Assembly (NCBI GenBank): GCA_026914245.1
Contig: CP110439.1
Span: 7,192,001-7,256,000 of the forward strand
Direction: 5' to 3'
Origin: Puccinia triticina
Lineage: Eukaryota
DNA length: 64,000 nt
The position numbers and the translations under genes are program-made. This document shows, piece by piece, positions 12,585 to 25,476 of this stretch (position 1 is the stretch's first letter; each line of letters begins with the position of its first letter). The notes beneath the pieces are model-generated. The model was not told the origin of the DNA and did no database searches. It saw only the letters and a list, made by a program, of their open reading frames with translations.

Positions 12585-13746
12585 TATGTTTGATAGGCAA
12601 GCTGATCCCGCATTGGAAACTTGGAGGGTTAAATTGTGGAAAAGACCAAGGACATGCACCAAATTGTGTGCCAATTTAAAATCAGATTGATCCAACTGAT
12701 GTTTGCGCTCCAGTCCATTTTGTTTATGGCGCTGCCACTCAAGACTTAAAAGTAAGTCAGTTGATTGAATACAACTTGAATGGAAGGAGGATAAGTGATA
12801 ACATACATAGAAGCTTCACAATGAACAATACTTTTGATTTGGTAGAAAGTTGTGTTCCATTGCCTTCAAACGTCTCTCTCCACACTATGCAGAGTCTTAC
12901 ACTGTTTCTCTCAACAAATCTCCACAAACTCAGCTTTTGAATTTGGGAAGAATCTCAATTTCTTAGCAATTCTACAAAACTGTGGAAGATATTATGTTAG
13001 TTGATATTTAATGAGTTAGAAATTGAAGGGCTTACCTTAGCCAATGTTTGTTTGCAAGAGTCAGTTGTATAACTGTCTCCTTCATCTTCTTTGCTAGCTT
13101 GGTCAATGTTGGCTTCACTCAGGGAATTGTTATCATCATCATCTGGCCCAGGAACACTTTGAATATTGCTATCTTTGTCTATTTATAAGGAGGTGGAATC
13201 AACCCTGTTGGTGTGGGAAATGCTAGAATAATTTTCATGCAAGAAGAAACAGGTCAATGATTGAAATGGAAGGAGGTCCGAGGAGAAAATCAAGTCGGAA
13301 TTACCCTCTGATTTGCTCCTCAATATCTGCATCCTCAGAGCAAGAATCATCCAAGTCACCATCAGCAGAAACAGGGCTTTTGTTAGCAGAAGTTTTTGCT
13401 TTTGAGTACCAGATGGCCGGAGGATCACCTGGACTATTAAAATGAGTATGTGTGTGAAGCACCCAATCCAGTTTGGCTCGCCCCTAAACCTTGGCCATTT
13501 GAGCTTCTTGAGCTCCTTCACCATAACCTTGTTGTTGTTTGTATTGTTGCTCACAAGACCGCAAATCTAAACATTGAGGTTTTTTTATATCAGCATTGAT
13601 CATTAGAAACGGAAAGTGTTTATATAGAATAAATATTGGCTCACCCAATTCTGAATGCAAAAATTATCTGAAACTAAAGCTACCGTCTTGGCCAAGTACT
13701 CACCCGTGTGTCTTTGAGAAAGCCTAAAAATGTCTAGAGGCATAGC

Positions 13747-15299
13747 TGTTGAGGGACACTGGGACTGAAACAACGGGGGCTACCGTTACTCACGGAGGGG
13801 CTTGACGGTGAATGATAGGATTGATATTCAGTGAGGAAGAGAACAGCTAGTGAGAAACCGGTAGACTGTAGTAGTGGGTTGCTTGGTAGAAGCATACAAA
13901 GACTACACAACGGGCTTCACCATCTCAGCATCCCCCCTTGCTGATAACCAAGCTATGATTCAGTACTGCTAAAGAGCTTGGAAATTGGAAATTGTACTAC
14001 TATAAGTCAAGATAACTAATACTAGCGGAATAACCATGAAGTAGGCTAAAGTATGACTGTAGCGTACTGAGAAAATATAAGGATGATATCTAACAAAGAT
14101 CAGTTACTCATAAACTACATGGAACTCTTCTTCTTCGTCGTCTGAACCTGATTCATAACCACCTAGCTTGACAAAGGTGGCGGCACCAGCTTTAGTTTTT
14201 CCGAAGTTCTTGGGTTTGTGACATTCAGATGATTGATGTCCGCGTCTGCTACTCGTTTGGTGTAGGCAGCGGAGGCTGATGCGAGATCTTTAGATTTGTT
14301 TCCGTTGAGACTCACTTTGTGGGCTTCCATAGCTCCACCAACATTGTCTAGAGACATCTTGTTTGCGGTGTAGACAATGGCGTCCCTGACGTTGGACCAC
14401 AAGGAGTCAAGGCCTTGAACCAGTCTGTCAGCGATTTGACAATTGGTTGGAAGTTTGTCAACCATCATTAGGTCGTCGGCCGCGACTTGTACATGACCAA
14501 TTCAAAGAGCAATTGGTTCATTTGGATCGTGGCAAGCATTCCAAAAGGCTTTGTGGAGACGCATCCGACGGGCCCTTGTGTTTTTCTCGTAGGCGTTGAT
14601 GATAGTGGAGTATAAACAAGAGGTCGGCTTGAATTTCCGGTATTGTTGAGAGAGAGGGTCCAATAAAGTGAGCCAAATTGTGTGGCAGGCTAGATCTGAT
14701 AGGGATTCCCAGTCTGCGGCTATCTCTTTAGGATTTTAGCCCTTTGAGAAGTTGGCCAAATGAATTGCTGAGGCGTCTAGTTTGTCGTCCTCTTTAGGGC
14801 AAGTGAGGGTGCCCTTGACAATGTTGAGTGTGCTTTGCATTCCCAAAACGCCCTCGAGTTGGTCGCGCCAGCGGGGAAAGCCTGCTTAAGTTCCATCTAA
14901 GGTAGCAATTGAGGAGAGTATGGAGGAGACGTTTTGAACTTGGTGGAAATTTGACATTGTTGGTCGAGGCAATCAATAGTGTACTTGTGAGAATAGAAGA
15001 TCAACTGTCTGACTAACGGCGAGTTTTGCTTCTGAGTCCGAGAGGATGAGGAGGTGGGTCAATGCAAAGATCTGAGTGAGACTGGAGGGTCTCATAACCT
15101 GTTGAGGGACACAGGGACTGAAACAACGGGGGCTACTGTTACTCATGGAGGGTTTTGACAGTGAATGATAGGATTGATATTCAGTGAGGAAAAAAACAGC
15201 TGGTGAGAAACCGGTAGACTGTAGTAGTGGGCTGCTTGGTAGAAGCATATCTAAGTACAAGCATACAAAGACTACATAACAGGCTTCACCATCTCAACA
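13747..15299 (-). mobile_element. Ty1/Copia-derived non-autonomous LTR element retaining only a decayed gag
   Basis: TG..CA LTRs at 13747-13930 and 15100-15299, 5-bp TSD atagc, PBS-like ggttatgagacc and PPT caagggggga on the minus strand. The gag remnant reads LVQGLDSLWSNVRDAIVY. There is no room for pol. Confidence 0.9.
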
Positions 15300-15410
15300 A
15301 TAGCCTCTTGACTGATATCCTCCGGGCCAGCTTCAGCTAATTGGTAGACAACCATTCCCAAGATGTCAAATCTGTTTGGCAAATTCCAAGCATTGAATCC
15401 AAGATATAAA

Positions 15411-16508
15411 CACCAGGGGAGATATGTTCCCACTCCCCAGGGAGTGCCAGAGCTGAATTTTATGTGAGTTTTGGTCAGATGTGAGCCTGATGTGGATTAG
15501 TAACTCATCCCCAAAATAGTAAATTGGATGGAGAAGTTAGTGAAAAGTCAGTCACAATTGATTTGGAAGTCAACACAATGTTGTGTAGAATTCTTTTGTT
15601 TTCTATGTACAACTGTAGGAAGAAATATGATGAAATGATATTTGACCAAAGTCCAACTCATCAATTGCTCCTGTTTACTGATTTTTAAGGATAGCAAAGC
15701 AAAATTCCCATTCTCAAAATTAATTCCTCCAAAAAAATGGGTTTCTTGTAATTCACATTATATGCCCTGATGTACAAAATTAAACTAAAAGTTGACTTGG
15801 TATTATTGGGTTTAGATTTTTGGAATGTGGTAATGTTGCAGTCATTGAAATTGAAACCCATTTTCTTGGAAATGCGGGAATTAATTTGAATTTGGCTGAT
15901 AAAAATGACAAAAAACTGTTTTAATAGGGTGGAAGTCTGAGTTAAGTCAAGGTTGGATTGCGGTGCCAATTCACTTTGGCCATATATCCTGTCCTCCTCA
16001 CAAAAATGATCTAGTGAATTTTGTATTTTTCTGCTTTTCAAAATTCACATGTGCACATGCAAGTTAACCTTTTTGCACTTTGCTAATAGTCACCCTGATG
16101 TACACGCGTACATTGAGGTGGAAATATCACAGGATGGGCCTTTCACAGCCACATGAAAAGTAAAAAATTTGTTTTGAGACACCAATTGTCCCCCTGATGT
16201 ACGCGAGTACATGAGGGGGAAAAAATCACAGGCTGGGCCTTTCACATCTCCATGGAAAGGACACACTGGTCATGGAGCCAAGAAAGGACTATATTCTGGA
16301 TGAGTTCTGGATGAATTATATATGAGTTCTGGATGATTTTTTGGAAAGTTATGGTTTATTTCAGGATGATTTCCAACTGATTTCCACGCTGACTTCCAGT
16401 CTTGTTCATACCTATTCAATATTGCTTTACCAAAGGCCTCCAGCACAGTTATGGAAAAAAGTTACGGCAAGGCACTCCCTGGGGAGTGGGAACATATCTC
16501 CCCTGGTG
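15411..16508. mobile_element. CACTA-like non-autonomous element (CACCA..TGGTG)
   Basis: Perfect ~38-bp TIR caccaggggagatatgttcccactccccagggagtgcc and a 3-bp TSD aaa. Confidence 0.8.
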
Positions 16509-17624
16509 AAAGCACCTTTGTGTTCCTACCAATAGAATAGTAATTATCAGAAAGCAGTAAAAGAAGGAAATAAATAAAAGAATAGAGAGCAACCCATACA
16601 TAAGACACCACAATAGTTGCTTTGTATGGCTGAATAGAGCATATGAATATGCTTTAAAATGTCCTAAGGTCTTGGTAGATTCTTGAGGACTGTGGGATGG
16701 AGGATAGCCTTGTGGCTTGGATCAGTAAGCGCCAAGAAAAGCCTTGCTGCTTCAGCGCACCATACTGTGCATAGTTGAGCAACCTAAGGTCTAAATTTCA
16801 GATACTCAGATTTCAGATCTCAAAACAAGGACCTCTTGACATACCTCCTTGGCTTGCAAGTCGCCAGTTCCTGTAATCCCAAGACTACCCAGCAAGCGAC
16901 TGGATTTTTTTCATGTTGTTTCCGGATGCAGAGTGACACATGCTTGTTTAGATTGCTACAAGACAAGTCCGAGGTTGGACGATTAATTTTAGCGCCACAC
17001 CTAGACAAGGGATCAAATAACTTCAGAATTCAAAAAAAGTTTGTTTAATATGAATAAAAACCCTAAAAATTGCAAGGATAGGCAATCATGCGCCTTCCAT
17101 GCTTATCCAATTGATTGGAAAGCTTGGGCACACCATACAAAGCGTAACTGGAACTATTGGAGTTTGAAGTGACTTTATGAGCTTGATCTACACACAAGGA
17201 TAATATTGAGTCAGAAATGGATATGAGAAAACAAAAGGAGGAATTGAAATTACTCACATAACTCTTCCTTGTTGGTTTTTGTTTGATCAACTCCAGAGGG
17301 TGGGTTGCTGGTGCTCTTTGTAGGATTGATATCTGCATTTACTTATTGGCTAGTGGCTTGACTTAAGTCTTCTTCCAGATTACCTTGGATTGATGACACT
17401 TGAGATGATTGGGGTTTGTGTTGTTTGCAGGTGGAAGCCATCACTATGAAAAAACTCAAGAAAGTGCTGGCAGTTGACATGCAGCATCCTCAAGTTCATT
17501 TCTAGCTGATACCAGGCTCATACATATGAATCCCAGGTGGTATACCCTGGAATTTTTGGAAGATACTCAGCTTTATTCTACAGTGCACAACACACTAGAC
17601 TTAGGTAAAACCTAAGTCTGAGGT

Positions 17625-19510
17625 GCCCGGACTTCCTGAGGCAAATGCTCAGCTGGGTGCACACCCCTCCTGCACGACAAGGTCATCCATACTGGCCCTT
17701 GTTGACCAACCCCTGGGATGAATGCCCCCCATATCAGCAAAAATACACGCCTGTGTTGACTAGGAGGACTCCCTCCTGGTTGACAAGGGCATACATACCT
17801 TTGCGCGCCAAGAATACGCGCCCGTGTCGACTAGGAGGGTCAACAAGGGCATATGTACCTTTGCGTGCATGTTGGCCATCCCTTGTCAACCAGAAATCCC
17901 TCCGTCCCAACAGCCTTACATTAAAAAACTGTGTTGACCAGGAGGAATCCCTCCTGGTCAACACCATATGCAACAGCATTGACTGGCAGGAATCCCTCCC
18001 GGTCCACAACATAACAGAGCCATCAAACAAGAGGAATCCCTCCCTGTCAACACTCATTACAACCATTTCAATGGGGAGGAATCCCTCCCGGTTGGGTGTT
18101 GATAAATGGAGGACTTCCCGTTGAGTCTGGGAGACTCCCAGATCTCAATTTACACACCTAGACTCTTAATTTTTGGTAGAAGGGAAAAAATTTTCTTAAC
18201 CCTACAGCTCATGAATTTCATGTGGACTGATTGTTGATTTTGTAGAGGTCTTAATTTTGGAGTTAGAGGGGCATCTAGAGCTCTCTAAATGCCAACGGGA
18301 AGTCCTCCAATGCACGCCCCCTTCCCGGGGCACGCCCATGCTCATGCCCTTCAAAAAAGGGTGTGTTGAGGGGCACACCCTTGATTTCCCTGCTGTACAC
18401 TCCCACACACGCCCAGCGGGGGCGTGTAGGGGAGTGCGAGGGGGATGTCCCCAGCGAGCTGGTATGACCAGCTCACCAAGAGAGACTCTCCTCCCAACAA
18501 GCTGGTATGTGTATACCAGCTTGCCAAGAGGGACTCTCCTCCCGGCGAGCTCCTCTGGGTGAGCTGGTATGTGTATACCAGCTCGCTGACAGGGACTCTC
18601 CTCCCGGTGAGCTGGTATGTGTATACCAGCTCGCCAAGAACTCTCCCCTACAGAGGAGACAAGTGGGAGGTTGACGGCATACACCAGGAAAAAAAAAGTA
18701 GTCACTTGATGGCAAGTGACATGATGCAGCTTTGTTTTCAGCTCCAATGCTGCTCCTCTCCACCAGCACATCTAGGGCTCACATGACAGGTGTCAGGATC
18801 AAAGCACTCAATGTGAAAAAACCAGATGATGCTCAGCTTTGGCCCTGGACCAGCTGATGCTCAGCTTTTAACCTGGCTCAGCTGATGCTCAGCTTTTGCC
18901 CTGGCCCAGCTGATGCTCAGCTTTGGCACCGGCTACATGATAATCATCTTTGGCCCTGGCAACGCTGATGCTCAGTCTTGGCCTTGGCTCAGCTGATGCT
19001 CAGCTTTGGCCCTATCCTAGCTGATTTTCAGCTCTGATCCTGTCCAAGATAATTTCCATCTTTTTCCCTGGCCTGGATCAGCTGATACTCAGCAAGCTGA
19101 GCATCAGCTGGCCAGCTGGCCCAGGACTGGTTCAAAGCTGAGCATCAGCTGGGACAGGAATAGGAAAAGGCTGAGCAAGGACTGGTAAAAAGCTGAGCAT
19201 CAGCTGCACCAGGACTAGTAAAAAGCTGAGCATCAGCTGGGCAAGGACTGGACAAAAGGCTTTATTCCAATTCTGAGAGTGAGATGTGTGAAAAAGCTGA
19301 GCATGAGCTGGGCAAAAAAGCTGAGTATGAGCTGGGTACCAAAGCTGAGTATCAGCTGGACAGAACTGAGGATCAGTTGGGCTCATCAAAAACTGAACAG
19401 GACCTCCTTGGTAAATTTTGGAAGTTGAGGAGATGGTTGGGAGATTGGGGTAGATAGTGGATGAATATTGGATAGATGGCGGGTAGCTGGCTGGAGCTGG
19501 TGTGATGTCA
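17625..19510. repeat. Cluster of MITE-derived palindromic repeat arrays
   Basis: Tandem ggaatccctcc, gagctggtat..accagctc and cagctgatgctcagct units. It includes a tggaggacttcc..ggaagtcctcca MITE (~18107-18309) related to 31024-31228. Confidence 0.6.
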
Positions 19511-19519
19511 CTTGTCATC

Positions 19520-20516
19520 AACTGGCTATTTTATTTTCCTGGTGATACTGGACAGTCAGCCGAGAGAGTGGAAAACTCAATACCTTGTCAGCTGGCGCGG
19601 ATGTGGACCAGCGGAGAATTCATGGGAACCAGAGGCAAACCTGAAGAACAGGGGAGACCTATTGGCGGAGTTCAACTCAAAGTTTCCGGAGGCGGCGGCC
19701 AGGCATTGGAGGACGCAGAGAAGAAAGTGAGAGGGAAAGCTTTTTCCCACTGGGTTTTTTAATGCTGCCCAGGGACAGAATGCAGAGCCAAAAGAGGATG
19801 ATTTTTTTTATATTTCTCATTGATTAACACAAAAAGAGGGTGGCTTGGGCATTAAAGGGGGGATAATGTTATGAGCCGTAGCACAGGATCTGCAGTGCAG
19901 ACTCACATGTATATGTCATGGACCATGCTCAAGGTGAGTTTTTTCCCTTTTTTCCTTTGGCTATTAGCTGAAGAAAATAATGTATTTTTCTTTGGCTAAA
20001 AGCCAAAGGACAGCGGAGCTGTCACGGTGGCTGGCGCTGGATGAGCTGGCATACATTGTATTGGTGTATCCGGTACATACCAATACAATGTATTGCTGTA
20101 TTGGATACATATACATACCAATACGTATCCGATACATGCCAATACAGTGTAATAACAGATACATACCAATACGTATCCAATACATACCAATACGTATCTG
20201 ATACAGTGTACTATACACCTTGCCAAGTTTTTTTTAAAAAAAACTGCCCTAACCCCTAACCCCTAGCTGCGCTGCAAACCACTACTCTAACAACCATTGG
20301 TTGCGCTGCCCAGGTTTTGTGGCTAGGTGCCGATGAAGTCAGCTCCGCCAGCCCAGCCAGCTCCAGCGCTCCCTTGGCTTTTAGCCAAAGAATTATAGTG
20401 CCACAGGTGCTCAAGGTTCAAGAGCCTGGATATCCCAGCCTCTTCGTCCTCCTGCTCTACCATCTTGGATCCAGACCCCAGACTCCATTTTCCTCTCCAC
20501 AGAACAGACCATAACA
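19520..20516 (+). mobile_element. 3' end of a chromoviral Gypsy element: chromodomain, PPT and 3' LTR (19867-20516)
   Basis: QYLVSWRGCGPAENSWEPEANL is a chromodomain motif. A purine tract ending ggggggataa is followed by tgttatg...cataaca. Confidence 0.75.
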
Positions 20517-20550
20517 AATGCAAACTTCCTTGCCTGCCGGGGGGCGCAGC

Positions 20551-20957
20551 CAAACTTAGCTAAGTCCCTCCTGGGCGCAAAGCGCCTGCCTCTGCGGGGC
20601 CGCAAAATGCATGCCTCTGCGTGGAAAAAAAACTGAGGCTCCAATTCCTTTGGTTGTTTGGTGGTAACAAGTTGCTTAAAAAATAAAAGAAAAATTGTAG
20701 AATGTAGCTGAGCTTCTTGGCCAGTCATTACATGTTCTATGAAACTTTTTGGATGAGTTTTGGGAAATATATGGCCAAACAAAGAAAGTGTAATTCTGCA
20801 TACCTCTCACACCAAACAATTCCGTTGCTTCCTAAGTCCCTCCTTTGGAGGCTTGGATAACTAAAAAAAAGTTACGGTATCCAATTAGCCCTCTGTAACG
20901 TAGCATAACATAACTGCCAACCCTTGTTCGCGCCCAGGAGGGACTTAGTTAAGTTTG
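20551..20957. mobile_element. Non-autonomous Academ(H)-type MITE
   Basis: TIR caaacttagctaagtccctc matches the ends of the 55117-63256 element. 9-bp TSD gggcgcagc / gggcgcggc. Confidence 0.85.
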
Positions 20958-21027
20958 GGGCGCGGCGCAAAGCGCCTCGCGCGAAGTGCAACCTCCCCTC
21001 AGGGAGGGGTGCCCATAATTTTGTGAG

Positions 21028-22127
21028 GGGTCAGCCTTTATGCACACCAAGGAAATACCCCATGCACCCCATTTTTGGTGTGCATTAGTGTGCACTCCAA
21101 ATAATTGGTGTGCACACCCATGCACTCCAAATAATTGGTGTGCACACCCATGCACTCCAAATAATTGGTGTGCACACCCATGCACTCCAAATAATTTGTG
21201 TGCACATGCATGCACTCCAAAAAATTGGAGTGCTCAATCATGCACTACAAAAAATTGAAGTGCCTACTCATGCACTCCCAATCACTTGAAAAAAGTGGAG
21301 TGAAGCCATGTGAAATCAATACAGCCAGCAATGTAAAAGATAGGCAGAACTCACCAATCTAAAAGAAGTGACTAACTCAAGCAATCACTTTCTGGTGAGA
21401 CTAATATTCAATTGTAGAAGCAACAGTGTCCTAGCTAAACTAACCAAAGCGTTGGTGTGGTTCAGCTTTGCAGGATTCCACTAAATTTTATTGTAGAATT
21501 GGGGGAATTGCATCTTCTCTGCTCTTAATCAACTCGCACAGGTCATAAATAATTGTTCTACACTTTTTGAAAGCTTTTTGGAGTGGGTTTTTGGCCTTTT
21601 TTGCTGTTAAATGTCTGTAGTGTAGGGTTGGTAGCGGGGACTTAACACTACAGGCAAAAGGGCTGCTGTTAGCACAGCTTGGCTAACAAGAGTTACCCCC
21701 AGTTGTAGTGTAGCATAGAATTTCTATGCTAGACTTGGTGGGCTTATACTAGAAGCCCACCATTGGTGGGAATAAAGAAAAATCCACTACCAATCAGGTA
21801 GTGCATGAGAGTGCACACCATGTTTTTTGGAGTGCATGGGTGTTTAATCCAATTTTTTTGAGTGCATGATTGTGCTGCATGATTGTGCACTCTAATTTTT
21901 GAGTGCATGAGTGTGCACTCCGATAAATTGGAGTGCATGAGTGTGCACTGCATTTATTTGGAGTGCATGGTTGTGCACTCCATTTTTTTGAGTGCATGGG
22001 TGTGCACTCCATTTTTTTGGAGTGCATGGGTGTGCACTCCAATTTATTGTTTTATTGGAGTGCACACTAATGCACACCAAAAATGGTGTGCATCTGGTAT
22101 TTCTTTGGTGTGCATAAAGGCTGACCC
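21028..22127. mobile_element. MULE-type fold-back MITE with 30-bp tandem subterminal repeats
   Basis: TIR gggtcagcctttatgcacaccaa / ttggtgtgcataaaggctgaccc and a perfect 9-bp TSD ttttgtgag. Confidence 0.9.
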
Positions 22128-23216
22128 TTTTGTGAGACATATTTTTTAAGACATAAGCCCCGCAAACCAAGTGGCATGCAAAATTACAATTTAACCCGGG
22201 GTTACTGTAATTTTGAAAGACATTGCCTGTGACATATGGAATGCAATACACATGTAAAATATTACACACAAATTTCCAAGAGGGGCTCCCAACATGTAAA
22301 TTTACCTCCCTTTACTGACAACACTTCATGCACTTCAGTCATGCAAAATGACAACCCTAACCCAAAAGAGATAACTTTACATTTTAGTTCCTTACAGAAC
22401 AATATTGCATGCAAACCATGCATTGCAAAATTGCCAGCCTTCCCTGGCAAAATTGAATTTTGCATGCAATCATTCCTGCTTTTGCACAACATCCCTCACA
22501 AACATCTTTTGTTCCAGACCCAGCAACCTCAAGGATCCTCACTTATTAAGTAAGTTAAACTCAAATCCTCCCTTCCCCACACTCTTTGTACACATATTAA
22601 CCATTTACATAAATACAAAAGTCCCCAGCATGCAGCTTTCCACACATGTGGTCCCAGGAACAACATCAGACAAATATGAAGCCTCCAATCAACCGTCAGG
22701 CCAAGCAAGTGAAACACCCCTGAAACCTCCCTCTCCAATCTGAATTTTGAAAGGAGAACACTCAACCTCAAAAGCTCAACAGAGCAGAATCCAAGTCAGG
22801 GAGTTCTTTGGGTAAATCAGAAGGAAAAAAAAGAAGAAAAAAAGATAAGCAATTGTTCATCCCAGATATAAATGGACATTACCAGACTTTTATCAATCAC
22901 TGCTGCCAGCTCAATCCACAGGGCTCTCCCCTCTATCCCAAAAGTCAAACCACCATTGTGGGCTACCAGCCGTGGGCAGATACGTTACTTTACATTACGG
23001 CAGCTCAATTGGATAACATAACATCTTCTAAGTTATCCAAATTGGCCATTTTGGTAACATACAAAAAATTTTCAGTAAAGTATAGTATAGTAACTTTTTT
23101 TTCAACCTGATTTTTGTTTTTGATAACGTAACTTTTTTGATATGGGGATTTTTGTAAAGGGGGTTGACATTATTGCAAAAAAGATCAAGGTGGTATTATA
23201 TAATGTCTCTAGCTTA

Positions 23217-23884
23217 CACCACCCGCAAATGGGTGTGGTTTTCTCCGCAGCCACACCCAGTGGTTTTCCTGCAGAACTTGCACAGCCCCCCAAAAACTCG
23301 TGTGGCCCCCGGACCCCCTAGCTGCATATCATTCGGGGTACTTAGGGGCGGACTGGCCATCAAGGCATACACCTCAATGACCGTTCAATTGAGATGGTCA
23401 TTGAGGTATACAGGAGACCGGCCTGCTCCGTTCATCAAGGTTTATGCCAGCCGGCCGGTCATTGAGGTGTACAGGTGCATTGATGACCGGAGCCAACCGG
23501 TCATCTAGGTATACATCTCAATGACCGGCCAGCTGATTGGTCATTGAGGTTGTATAAAGGTACCTCAATGACCATCTGAACGGTCATTGAGGTATACATG
23601 AACCTTGATGACCGGCCAGCTGGCTGGTCTTGAGGTAGAGCCGACCAATCATCAAGGCATAAACCTTGATGAATGGAGCAGGCCGGTCTCCTGTATACCT
23701 CAATGACCATCTCAATTGAACGGTCATTGAGGATGCCTTGATGACCGGTCCGCCCCTAAGTACCCCAAATGATATGCAGCTAGGGGGTCCGGGGGTTGCA
23801 CAAGTTTTTGGGGGGCCGCGCGAGTTCCGCAGGAAAACCACTGGGTGTGGCTGCGGAGAAAACCACACCCATTTGCAGGTGGTG
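23217..23884. mobile_element. CACCA-ended fold-back MITE (CACTA-like) inserted in a tRNA-like A box
   Basis: Long TIR caccacccgcaaatgggtgtggttt.., 3-bp TSD tta, internal gatgaccgg/ccggtcatc arrays. Same family as 53679-54874. Confidence 0.9.
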
Positions 23885-24228
23885 TTATTGGTTAAGGCTT
23901 GCCTCTCTGAGGTGAGGGATGTTTAAGGTTGTGGGTTCAATCCTCACTCTGAACAACTTTTAATCTGGCTTCCTGGCAATATACTGAGTTGATGTGGTTG
24001 TTTAGTGTCAACTTGAGCAAACATCTCGCTCATATTGATAAAAAAAACCACAAATCAGGGCCTCTACCAGAAAGTTACATATGAGTTACCCAAATCTAGG
24101 GAAAAAATGTAACATAACTGGTTTTGTTCAAAATATCCACAGAACGTCACTAGAGAAAATGGAGCCCATTTTCTGCAGGAGATATTGTAACTCCCAATTA
24201 GATATCTGTAACTAGCAGATAACGTAAC

Positions 24229-25476
24229 TCAGGGTGTAAATGGGTCAGGCCAACCCAAAACCAACCCGAGACCTGTCAGGTTTTGGGTTGGGTTTGGGCA
24301 CATTCTTAAAGAAAATGACATGACCCAAACCCAACCCAACCCGACTTGTAAAATTGTTGGGTTGGGTTCAGGCAGCCTATTTCCTAATTGGGTCAGCCTG
24401 CGACCGGACTATGACGCCTCTAACAGTCAAGTTGGGGGCTTTTGGCGCCTAAGAGGTTGGGTCAACCCAAGACCCAAACCAACCCGACCCGGTGAGGGAC
24501 TCCTGTCTGTGCTAAGCGGCGGAAGTCGTGTGAGGGGATGGATGCTGTTTAGGCTGCCCTCGGGGTGATAGTCCGTAGAAGAAAAGGGGATTGGGATAGC
24601 TCGTGGGTGTGGGTGGTTTTGAGATGTTTGCTGGGGTTTTGGATCCTCGGCGACGGTTGTTTGTTTTGAGGAAGCTGGGGGATGTGATCTTAATGAAGAA
24701 AAGAAAAGGATCTGGAACTCTGAATGAAGAAGGATCGGTGAGCGGCGCTCAAAAGTTTGGACTCTGAAAATCTTGATCAATATGCTCTGGATCAACCGTA
24801 TTCTGGGGATCAGAATGCCATGGCCACCCATCATACAAGTTCAAGCTGAACTTGGACTCTGGGTGACATGTCACATACATTTCATCACATCCTCCGCGCG
24901 CTACGCGCGCGCACACACACAACAAACAAAAGAAACAACTCAAGGGAAAATAAGGGAAAACACAGGGTGATGAGTCAGAAAGAAAAGAGGCATAGAGAAG
25001 AAAGAAGAGAAGCAAAGAAGAAAACACCAGAAAACACTCAAAGAAGACAAACCAAACAGAAAGGAAAGAGACCAGAAACAAACAAGAAAATAAACCCTGT
25101 GTTAGGACCAAGAAAAAATGAAAGGGTTAGATGACAGGGGACAGGGGAAGGAGTATGGAGGAGAAGGGGTGGAAGATGAGGAAAGATGGGGAAAGGGTGA
25201 ATTCTTGAGGGTCTTGAGGATCTTGATGTCTTGAGTGTGAAATCTAGATGAGAGTGGAGTTTAAGCCTTAATGATCTTGCTGGTGGCGGTGATGCTCCTG
25301 ACTAGCTGGCCACAAGAGGGGCCACCACACCGGACCCGACCCAAAACAGTATGACATTGGGTTGGGTTTGGGCAGAATATTTTAAAATCTGCCCCAACCC
25401 AACCCAACCTGCGCTAAATGTTGGGTTGGGTTTGGGCGCTGTTTTTCAACCCAAACCCGACCCGTTTACACCCTGA
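24229..25476. mobile_element. hAT-like non-autonomous element with aaccc/gggtt subterminal repeats
   Basis: TIR tcagggtgtaaa / tttacaccctga and an 8-bp TSD aacgtaac. Confidence 0.8.

Larger units (their letters stand above)
9380..17340 (-). pseudogene. Fragmented hAT transposase gene interrupted by at least five later insertions
   Basis: Minus-strand pieces occur in order. BED-like finger: YPCNF..CGAKINRPTSDLSCSNLNKH, ~16900-17150. RLSQRHTGEYLAKTV, ~13690. LFHNLTLQVS/VIYINQITEHLS, 12600/11750. hAT dimerisation region: NPIKWWL...MALDVLSCP..DIERALSFGRYYVS, 10213-10395, continuing as SISRGMTVAFYSKNN at ~9530. Boundaries are approximate. Confidence 0.8.

Noticed and set aside
20247..20266. ccctaacccctaacccctag telomere-like repeat
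   Set aside because: Only three imperfect units inside an LTR or insertion; not a telomere.
24869..25136. Possible solo LTR (tgtca..tgaca)
   Set aside because: No matching TSD was found, so it is left unassigned.
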